Virus record (IMG/VR): IMGVR_UViG_3300017917_001123
Coordinates: 267,571-331,570 of that record
DNA length: 64,000 nucleotides
Strand: one strand, 5' to 3'
This document shows, one piece after another, positions 49,440 to 56,320 of the stretch (its first letter is position 1; each line of letters starts with the position of its first letter). Both the position numbers and the translations under genes were made by a program. The notes under the pieces were generated by a model. It saw nothing but the letters and a program-made list of their open reading frames with translations, had not been told where the DNA came from and made no database searches.

Positions 49440-49818
49440 TGTAACTGCCGGCGGTCAAGGAGGTTCTAATTCAGGTGGAAATGTTTACATCTGGAATAAT
49501 ACAGGAACTTACTCTACTGGCAGTATAACAGTTCCGTCGTCATATTATGTGTCTGGCACAAATGGAGCGTCTTGGTCCACTATTACAACCAGCAACGCAC
49601 AGTCTCAACTGACTGTAACAGGCGATGCCGAAATTGAAGGATCACTTAAAGTGGGCGGCAAAGATATTGCTAAAAGTTTAGAAGCAATAGAAAAACGTCT
49701 TGCTATACTTGTTCCTGATCCAGAGAAGTTAGAACACTTCGAAGCTCTAAAAAAAGCCTATAACCATTACAAAATGTTAGAAGCACTTTGTGAATTACCA
49801 ACAGAAAAGAAAGAATAA
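49405..49818 (+). CDS. hypothetical protein
   Basis: S/T/G-rich N-terminus, helical C-terminus; start uncertain. Confidence 0.6.
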   Translation: MASTILNANSANVTAGGQGGSNSGGNVYIWNNTGTYSTGSITVPSSYYVSGTNGASWSTITTSNAQSQLTVTGDAEIEGSLKVGGKDIAKSLEAIEKRLAILVPDPEKLEHFEALKKAYNHYKMLEALCELPTEKKE

Positions 49819-49820
49819 TT

Positions 49821-50522
49821 ATGGATGTTAAACTTGTTTCCTACAGTCAACCAACTGGAGAATTTAAAAACATGGGTCTCGAAGATGCGCAGGATCTCAT
49901 CGCGTATTGTGCCCGTGTGTCAAACCCAGCTAACCAATTCAACAACGAGACAGCAGAAAAGCTCATCAAGTATCTCGTTAAACACGCACACTGGAGCCCA
50001 CTCGAAATGGTGTCAGCCTGCTGTGAAATCACAACCACACGTGACATTGCCCGACAGATTCTACGTCACAGAAGTTTCAGCTTCCAAGAGTTCTCCCAGC
50101 GATATGCTGATCCTACAGCAGAGCTTGACGAAGCGTTTGTTATACGTGAGGCAAGACTCCAGGACACAAAGAATCGACAGAACAGCATAGAAATTCCTAT
50201 GAACAGTCCTGAGAATCGTATGTTAGCCTACGAATGGGAACGTGCTCAGAAACGTGTGCTACACGCAGTTAAAGATTCATATCGTTGGGCTATCGAAAAC
50301 GGTATTGCTAAAGAACAGGCTCGTGCCGTCCTTCCAGAGGGACTAACAATTAGTCGTATGTATATGAACGGAACACTTCGTAGTTGGATTCACTTTATTC
50401 AATTGCGTAGTGGCAACGGCACACAAAAAGAGCACATGGAAGTTGCTCGTGCTTGCGCCAAAGTAATCGCAGAAATCTTCCCAATGGCACAGGACTATGT
50501 CGAACCTAGCCAAGGGGCGTAA
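49821..50522 (+). CDS. thyX: FAD-dependent thymidylate synthase
   Basis: RHRSFSFQEFSQRY motif, HWSPLE, ARAVLP. Confidence 0.96.
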   Translation: MDVKLVSYSQPTGEFKNMGLEDAQDLIAYCARVSNPANQFNNETAEKLIKYLVKHAHWSPLEMVSACCEITTTRDIARQILRHRSFSFQEFSQRYADPTAELDEAFVIREARLQDTKNRQNSIEIPMNSPENRMLAYEWERAQKRVLHAVKDSYRWAIENGIAKEQARAVLPEGLTISRMYMNGTLRSWIHFIQLRSGNGTQKEHMEVARACAKVIAEIFPMAQDYVEPSQGA

Positions 50523-50964
50523 TAGCTACGATTCGACCTCCACTGGAGGTCTTATTGCGTTTTTTAATAAAAACGTAACTCCTTATGCGACTGAGGCAGG
50601 CGGACCTAAGTTTGACCTAGTTCCGGTTACAAAACAAAAAGACATAATGCTAAACAATGCTAGGCATTTTGCTAGGCAAGAATATAATCGCATTATGGAA
50701 CTAGTTGCTGTATTAGAAAAACAAGCACAGGATATTAAACGAAGGTTGGACATTACAGATGCTGTCCATGCCGCAGAGTATCAATTTCAACTATCAGTGG
50801 GTCATGCTTATTGGTTAGTTTGGGATAAACGTAAGGAAAAAACTTTGCTGGTTCATATGGGTCCGACTGAATGGACTACAGGTGTTCCGGTAGATTATGA
50901 TTATATAACACAAGTTCGGTTCCTTGGAGACCATACTTGGGAAGAAATTACAGAAGAGGAATAA
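50497..50964 (+). CDS. hypothetical protein (DUF2452-like pattern)
   Basis: acidic C-terminal DHTWEEI; family call from recollection only. Confidence 0.6.
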   Translation: MSNLAKGRNSYDSTSTGGLIAFFNKNVTPYATEAGGPKFDLVPVTKQKDIMLNNARHFARQEYNRIMELVAVLEKQAQDIKRRLDITDAVHAAEYQFQLSVGHAYWLVWDKRKEKTLLVHMGPTEWTTGVPVDYDYITQVRFLGDHTWEEITEEE

Positions 50965-50965
50965 T

Positions 50966-51256
50966 ATGTTAATTAGTAAACCATACACAGTAGGTGATGT
51001 AGTAAGTATTAAGTTAGTCAATGGTGACGAGCTTATCGCAAAACTTGAAGCAGATGACACTGATACAATCACTGTTAGTCGTCCGCTAGCAATTACAATG
51101 AGTGCTCAAGGCATGGGTTTAATTCCTTGGGTATTTTTAGGCGAAGACGGCAAAATTACTTTGCGTAAAAAACATACATTCTTTGTTGTTACAAGTAAGA
51201 AAGAAGCCGCACAGCAATACATAGAAGGAACCACTGGTATTGCTCTAGTTAAATAA
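50966..51256 (+). CDS. small beta-barrel (Sm-like?) protein
   Basis: start MLISKPY; VSIKLVNGDELIAKL pattern. Confidence 0.6.
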   Translation: MLISKPYTVGDVVSIKLVNGDELIAKLEADDTDTITVSRPLAITMSAQGMGLIPWVFLGEDGKITLRKKHTFFVVTSKKEAAQQYIEGTTGIALVK

Positions 51257-51260
51257 CAGT

Positions 51261-52301
51261 ATGGCACAACAGCATATATTGATCCCCGGAACGCTGACGT
51301 TCGATTTAACAGCCCCGTTTACACAACAGGGGATCTATAATGCTATCCGTACTGCCTATGCTCCTAGCCCTGAATATACAGTTGTCAGTGTAGCAGTTCC
51401 GTTTGTTTACATTAACTGCTTAGATGTTGGCGTTATTGACCCAGTAGGAATGTTCAAAGATGCGGCCCTTAAGTTATACAACTATCTGATGCAATACTAC
51501 ATACAACCAATATGGAATGCTCTGTATTCGTTGTACGAAGCATTAAAAGGATTCGGGCTAGCAATTTTAGATATAACTATTCCTATCCTCGGTTTAACTC
51601 TAGCAGATTTATTTGACCCTAACCTTTTTGAAAAGATTAAATTAAAAGTCTTAGAATGGTATTATTCAGCAAAAGACAAGCTGATTGAACTATTAAACTT
51701 TTTAGGAATCAAGTGGCCTATTACATTTAATGTTTCTTCTCCACAGTTTGAAATTGACTATATCATTAATGCTATTCTTAATAGCCTTTGGAGTTTTATC
51801 TTAAGATTAGTAAAGCAGGTAATCGCATTAATCAAACAAGGGTTAAGATTATGGGAACTAGCAACACAGCAAGGTAGAATTGTTTGGAGCCAAATCTGGG
51901 ATAATCTAGTAGACAGTATATTAGGGGCTATTCTAGGTTTCTTAACAAACGTACCCACCATTCAAGAAATCTGGGATGCTCTAGTTGCCTTTGCTAAAAG
52001 TGTGTACAATAAGGCTGTGGTTACTATTGAAGAAATTTTAGCAGTAATCAAGGATTTTAAATTCTTTGGGTTAAAACCATTTGACTGGGACCTTCCTTGG
52101 AATCTTAAGGTAAACTTTCCAGAAGTTGATCTAATGCGTATGCTAAACTCAATGCTAGTTTGGTTTAAAAATTTCTTATTTTCCATCATCAAACAATTTG
52201 TAGATGCCATAGCAGATATTCTAAACTATTTTGGAATTAATTTGGCAAACTTATTAACCATAAACATACCAATTACGTTCTGTGCGGTAAAAAACGAATA
52301 A
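51261..52301 (+). CDS. hypothetical amphipathic protein
   Basis: 346 aa hydrophobic/helical, after TAAATA (51250). Confidence 0.7.
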   Translation: MAQQHILIPGTLTFDLTAPFTQQGIYNAIRTAYAPSPEYTVVSVAVPFVYINCLDVGVIDPVGMFKDAALKLYNYLMQYYIQPIWNALYSLYEALKGFGLAILDITIPILGLTLADLFDPNLFEKIKLKVLEWYYSAKDKLIELLNFLGIKWPITFNVSSPQFEIDYIINAILNSLWSFILRLVKQVIALIKQGLRLWELATQQGRIVWSQIWDNLVDSILGAILGFLTNVPTIQEIWDALVAFAKSVYNKAVVTIEEILAVIKDFKFFGLKPFDWDLPWNLKVNFPEVDLMRMLNSMLVWFKNFLFSIIKQFVDAIADILNYFGINLANLLTINIPITFCAVKNE

Positions 52302-52363
52302 GTAATATTATCCGTTGAGCGTACTTGCGTAGCGAGTTTAGTAGTGGTTTGGCGAGGGCTTTC

Positions 52364-52392
52364 TTGACGGGCTCGTCAACTTGTTTTATAAT
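52364..52392 (+). promoter_or_regulatory. sigma70 promoter for the microprotein/tmRNA unit
   Basis: TTGACG-17 nt-TATAAT; -35 is within the inverted repeat TTGACG-GGCT-CGTCAA. Confidence 0.8.
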
Positions 52393-52417
52393 ATATAAAC
52401 TTTGAAAGGACTACATC

Positions 52418-52489
52418 ATGGCATATAGAGCTAAAAATGGTAGCGTAAAGGCAGCGGCACGTAGAGCATTACGTCGTCGACAGAAATAA
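52418..52489 (+). CDS. 23-aa highly basic microprotein
   Basis: GAAAGGA SD; MAYRAKNGSVKAAARRALRRRQK; not in ORF track. Confidence 0.65.
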   Translation: MAYRAKNGSVKAAARRALRRRQK

Positions 52490-52569
52490 TTTTATTGCTG
52501 TATGAAGCAAACCCAAAAGGGTTCTGGACGCGGGTTCGACTCCCGCCAGGTCCACCAAAAGAGGATTGT

Positions 52570-52644
52570 ATGAACGAAGAAGTAACTAAATGGATGCTGG
52601 GCGTGGGCCTAGTTCTTTTAATGTTCTTTTTAGTCCTTTTTTGA
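52570..52644 (+). CDS. 24-aa membrane microprotein inside the tmRNA intervening sequence
   Basis: GAGGA SD at 52561-52565; MNEEVTKWMLGVGLVLLMFFLVLF-TGA. Confidence 0.55.
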   Translation: MNEEVTKWMLGVGLVLLMFFLVLF

Positions 52645-52734
52645 TGGGCCTGTACTGGATTTCGACAGGGTCAAGAGTAGGCGAGTGGACAGCACGGTAG
52701 GCGATGACCGTAAATCAAGCAAAACAAAATAGAC

Positions 52735-52767
52735 GCAAACGATGAAGTTTACGCATTGGCGGCCTAA
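52735..52767 (+). other. tmRNA tag reading frame (A)ANDEVYALAA
   Basis: AAAATAGAC-GCA resume context; C-terminal LAA degron; TAATAA stop. Confidence 0.92.
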
Positions 52768-52811
52768 TAACGGCTTCCTAGGGTAGGAAATACCTCGTAA
52801 CAGAAAATACC

Positions 52812-52838
52812 AAAAGGCTCTTCGGAGCCTTTTTCTTT
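52812..52838 (+). terminator. intrinsic terminator after tmRNA
   Basis: AAAAGGCTC-TTCG-GAGCCTTTT followed by a T tract. Confidence 0.9.
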
Positions 52839-52853
52839 GAGTCAAAAAATGTC

Positions 52854-52882
52854 TTGACTCTTCAGTGAAAACACTATATAAT
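52854..52882 (+). promoter_or_regulatory. sigma70 promoter for the outer-membrane protein gene
   Basis: TTGACT-17 nt-TATAAT. Confidence 0.75.
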
Positions 52883-52959
52883 ATTCTAAGCTGTGTTGTT
52901 TATCTAAGTGTTACACATAACGAAATGGCACACAGTTAATACATAAAGGAAATTTAAAA

Positions 52960-53424
52960 ATGAGAAAATTCGCAATCGCATCAATCTTGGCTTTGGCCGC
53001 AGTTTCAGCTTCGGCTGTAGAACTTGGCGTTACCGCAACACGTGGTGACACCACAGGTGATACTCGCAACTACGCAGGTGTTACCCTTGGTCAAAGTTTT
53101 GGCAAGCTAAATGCAACTGCTGGCTTTGAGCGTTCAACTGTTGGCGCACAGGGCAATCAGAACCGCTGGAGCTTGGTTGGTGGATACGACATTGCCAAGG
53201 TTGGTCCAGTTACTTTTACTCCTAAACTTGGTTATGCTTACTTAGACAATCAGACTCCGGGTGTTGCCAGCGGCAATGCTTATACAGTTGGTCTAGGCGC
53301 ATCATACGCTCTCACTAAGCAAGTTAGCCTTACCGCAGACTATGCTTATCAAAAGGCCTTTGAAACAAAGGTTGAGCAGTTTGATGGCAACCGAGTTACA
53401 TTGGGTGCTAAGTACCGCTTCTAA
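52960..53424 (+). CDS. small outer-membrane beta-barrel protein (OmpA-TM/OmpX-like)
   Basis: Sec signal MRKFAIASILALAAVSASA, alternating beta pattern, C-terminal YRF. Confidence 0.88.
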   Translation: MRKFAIASILALAAVSASAVELGVTATRGDTTGDTRNYAGVTLGQSFGKLNATAGFERSTVGAQGNQNRWSLVGGYDIAKVGPVTFTPKLGYAYLDNQTPGVASGNAYTVGLGASYALTKQVSLTADYAYQKAFETKVEQFDGNRVTLGAKYRF

Positions 53425-53441
53425 TTTTTAAATTAGATATC

Positions 53442-53467
53442 AAAGGGGGCTTAGGCCCCCTTTTTAT
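53442..53467 (+). terminator. intrinsic terminator
   Basis: AAAGGGGGC-TTAG-GCCCCCTTT followed by TT. Confidence 0.88.
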
Positions 53468-53479
53468 TAGGAACAAGTT

Positions 53480-53725
53480 ATGGGCAATCAAACAGACTAC
53501 TTTAATAAAATTGGATACAAGCCTACCTACTTCATTGGGGATAGAGTTTTCGGCCACTGGAATAAAATTCCCTTTGTTGGAACTGTTGGCAACGATACAC
53601 TTATTAATCACGAAGAAGGACCTAGAATCAGCGTCCATGTAGATCTGCCAATTAAATACAAGGACACTATAAAGAGTGTTATAATTGTAAAACACAAAGA
53701 CATTAAACTATTAAAGGAGATTTAA
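53480..53725 (+). CDS. hypothetical protein (small SH3-like?)
   Basis: 81 aa; IGDRVFGHW..FVGTV. Confidence 0.7.
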   Translation: MGNQTDYFNKIGYKPTYFIGDRVFGHWNKIPFVGTVGNDTLINHEEGPRISVHVDLPIKYKDTIKSVIIVKHKDIKLLKEI

Positions 53726-53726
53726 A

Positions 53727-54302
53727 ATGTCGTAGATTGAATATGCGTGTAAAGATATTGTTTTCCACTTTAACAAAAAGCACTTGGAAGACCAGACCAT
53801 TCCCATGTGGGTCTTAAAATTTCATGGCGAAACCCTGTATGTAAATCACGTTGATTGTAGTGTTCCCTGGAGCACAAAAGAGACGCCCGATAACAGCCAT
53901 ACTAAAGGTAGCATCAAAGTTAAAGACGTATTGTTACGTGTTGACAACGAAAACTGTGCTACAATTTCCCAACTAACTCTAATTGACAAGTATAGACTTC
54001 GTAACCAGAAGCTAGGCATCACACGAATTATGTTTAGTCCTGGTACTGCTTTTCACAAGGCTTTACAGAATAACGAATTTAAACATAGTCCGTTTAAGAC
54101 TATTCGTGGCGCCTGTGCTAGTACGTTTATTATCTGTGATCTTTTAAACAAAGCAGATGTAACCATGGCAGGACTGAAGTACACAAGTCAGTTTAGAATT
54201 GTCAAACCAAACGAGGGCTACTTCCAACAGTACGACGAAATCAAAGGGGATAACATTCCTGTAGATTATGGACACCCAAGTACTCCTTACGAGTACAGCT
54301 AA
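53727..54302 (+). CDS. hypothetical protein with an in-frame TAG at codon 3 (read-through candidate or pseudogene)
   Basis: AAGGAGA SD, ATG TCG TAG ATT GAA TAT GCG TGT.. continuing in frame into the ORF-track 53784..54302; 191 aa if read through. Confidence 0.65.
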
Positions 54303-54318
54303 GGTTGTAAATACTCTC

Positions 54319-55074
54319 ATGGACTTTGAGAGAGTATTTTGTTTTGGTTGTAGTTGGACCCATTATCGTTGGCCAACTTGGGCAGACATGTGCCGATACG
54401 GAACGGACAAACCAGTTTATAATTGGGGACTCCGTGGTATCGGCAATGTTGGCATTTTACATAGAATGTTAGAAGCTGATCTTAAACATCAGTTCACAGA
54501 CCGAGACCTGATACTAGTTCAATGGACAACATGGACACGAGAAGATAGGTACTTTGATAAGTGGCAAGCAGGCGGCGCAGTTTTTAATAATAATTTCTAC
54601 GACAAAGCCTTTGTTAACAAGTACTGGAGTTGGAACAACGACATAATAAAAAATGCCACAGCAATTATTACAGCAAATCGCATGTTCAAAATTGCCTATC
54701 AATATACGTTCCATCCGTTTCCTGTAAGCCCGGATTTTGACTATACAGACTCTTTAACAAAACAAGAAATTCTATCCTTTTATAGAACAAATCTTCCTGC
54801 GGTGCCTGTATTTCCGCAGAACCTAAACACAGACTTTGGCAAGAATTGTTTAGACGGACACGCAGATATTAACGCACATCTAAAGTTCTTTGATCAAAAC
54901 ATAAAACCCTTGGGCTTTGACCTAAAGGACAACCATCTAAGACTAGCAGTCCTACACGATTCTATCTCGCAACAGCTAGACAAAAAACAATCGCATAATC
55001 AACAATGGGCAGTTATCAAAGAGCTTGTTCACAAGTTTGATAAAACCATTGACGGTCCTACTCTAGGATTCTAA
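54319..55074 (+). CDS. SGNH-hydrolase-like hypothetical protein
   Basis: FGCSWT..WPTWAD, NWGLRGIGN; start after TAAATA (54308). Confidence 0.6.
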   Translation: MDFERVFCFGCSWTHYRWPTWADMCRYGTDKPVYNWGLRGIGNVGILHRMLEADLKHQFTDRDLILVQWTTWTREDRYFDKWQAGGAVFNNNFYDKAFVNKYWSWNNDIIKNATAIITANRMFKIAYQYTFHPFPVSPDFDYTDSLTKQEILSFYRTNLPAVPVFPQNLNTDFGKNCLDGHADINAHLKFFDQNIKPLGFDLKDNHLRLAVLHDSISQQLDKKQSHNQQWAVIKELVHKFDKTIDGPTLGF

Positions 55075-55088
55075 TTTCTCCAAAACGC

Positions 55089-55117
55089 TTGCTTTTCGCC
55101 CAGTTTTCGCCTATTAT
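55089..55117 (+). promoter_or_regulatory. putative sigma70 promoter
   Basis: TTGCTT-17 nt-TATTAT. Confidence 0.5.
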
Positions 55118-55181
55118 TAATTCATAGAGCATAAGTAAAAGTATATGATTGCTCTAAGTTAATGCTCTAAGGAAAGGAAAG

Positions 55182-55538
55182 ATGGCTGAGATTTTTAAAT
55201 GCTTAAACTGCGGGAGAGAAAACCCTGTTAAAGGCGCAAATTATTCAAACAAGTATTGTAATAATCATTGCCAGCAACAGCATAGAAAGAAACTCCTAAA
55301 CGAAAAGCGTATTCAAGAATGGAAGTCAGGATGCGGGCTTTATGTATGGAAGGAAGTTCCGGATTACATTAAAGAACACCTTATCCAAGAGCGTGGGCAT
55401 CAATGTGAAGTATGCGGTATTACAGAGTGGCAGGGCAATCCGGCTCCGCTAACTGTAACGCAGAAAGACCGAGATGCTTATAACAACAAAGAAGATAACT
55501 TAGAAGTCATCTGTTATAATTGCTTATCGCAAAAATAA
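55182..55538 (+). CDS. HNH-fold zinc protein lacking catalytic histidines
   Basis: CLNC, YCNNHC, CEVCG, LTVTQKD..NNKEDNL..CYNCL. Confidence 0.7.
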   Translation: MAEIFKCLNCGRENPVKGANYSNKYCNNHCQQQHRKKLLNEKRIQEWKSGCGLYVWKEVPDYIKEHLIQERGHQCEVCGITEWQGNPAPLTVTQKDRDAYNNKEDNLEVICYNCLSQK

Positions 55539-55565
55539 TTTCATTTCACACAAGGAGAAACACAA

Positions 55566-56105
55566 ATGAAAACCGTTGGACAAAAATTAGATCCGTTTAT
55601 CGTAACTGGTGTTAAGCCAGGTCAACCTGAAGATGCTTTCTTCGACATCACCGAGGAATCATTCCCAGGTAAGTGGAAAGTAATCGTTTACTATCCAAAG
55701 GACTTTACATTCGTTTGCCCAACTGAAATTGTTGCCTACGATAAGTTGGCACAGGATTTCGCAGACCGCGACGCTGTATTGCTAACTGGTTCAACAGACA
55801 ACGAGTTCTGTAAGGTAGCTTGGCAGAAGGCACACCCAGATCTACAAAAGATCACTCACACTCAGTTCGCTGATACACAGCGTGGTGAGAACAGCCTAAT
55901 CGAGCAACTAGGTGTATTCTATGCTCCAGCAGGTGCGGCTCTTCGTGCTACATTCATTGTTGATCCTAACAACGAAATCCAGCACGTTACAGTCAACAAC
56001 TTGAACGTTGGTCGTAGCCCAGAGGAAACACTTCGTGTTCTTGATGCGCTACAAACTGGCGAGCTTTGCGCTTGTAACCGTGCTGTAGGCGGCGAAACAC
56101 TTTAA
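55566..56105 (+). CDS. ahpC: 2-Cys peroxiredoxin
   Basis: YPKDFTFVCPTE, LRATFIVDP, GRSPEE, GELCACN. Confidence 0.96.
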   Translation: MKTVGQKLDPFIVTGVKPGQPEDAFFDITEESFPGKWKVIVYYPKDFTFVCPTEIVAYDKLAQDFADRDAVLLTGSTDNEFCKVAWQKAHPDLQKITHTQFADTQRGENSLIEQLGVFYAPAGAALRATFIVDPNNEIQHVTVNNLNVGRSPEETLRVLDALQTGELCACNRAVGGETL

Positions 56106-56114
56106 GGGAATACA

Positions 56115-56243
56115 ATGACCGGTAAAGAATTTGAACGTAAGATAAGACAATATCATTACCGTCTCGAGTTGCTACGCACAGTAGCACCGGTCATTATCAT
56201 TACCTTACAATGTATCATCTTATATAAGATTTTTTGGGGGTAG
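56115..56243 (+). CDS. 42-aa protein with C-terminal membrane segment
   Basis: MTGKEFERKIRQYHYRLELLRTVAPVIIITLQCIILYKIFWG; TAG stop; not in ORF track. Confidence 0.55.
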   Translation: MTGKEFERKIRQYHYRLELLRTVAPVIIITLQCIILYKIFWG

Positions 56244-56247
56244 TATT

Positions 56248-56319
56248 ATGAGTTTTCAAGAACAATTTGCTTACTTAAAAAGATGGCATTGCCCATCTTG
56301 TAACACACAAGGAAAATAA
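56248..56319 (+). CDS. 23-aa CxxC microprotein
   Basis: MSFQEQFAYLKRWHCPSCNTQGK; stop 1 nt before the ahpD ATG. Confidence 0.35.
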   Translation: MSFQEQFAYLKRWHCPSCNTQGK

Positions 56320-56320
56320 A

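Larger units (their letters stand above)
52490..52810 (+). ncRNA. ssrA: two-piece (circularly permuted) tmRNA
   Basis: acceptor piece ends GGACGCGGGTTCGACTCCCGCCAGGTCCACCA (52557) upstream of the coding piece, which starts GGGCCTG..GGATTTCGAC (52646); G3-U70 and A73 alanine determinants; tag ANDEVYALAA; outer boundaries approximate. Confidence 0.93.

Noticed and set aside
52630-52845. 71-aa minus-strand ORF
   Set aside because: Antisense to the tmRNA coding piece and terminator; no SD.
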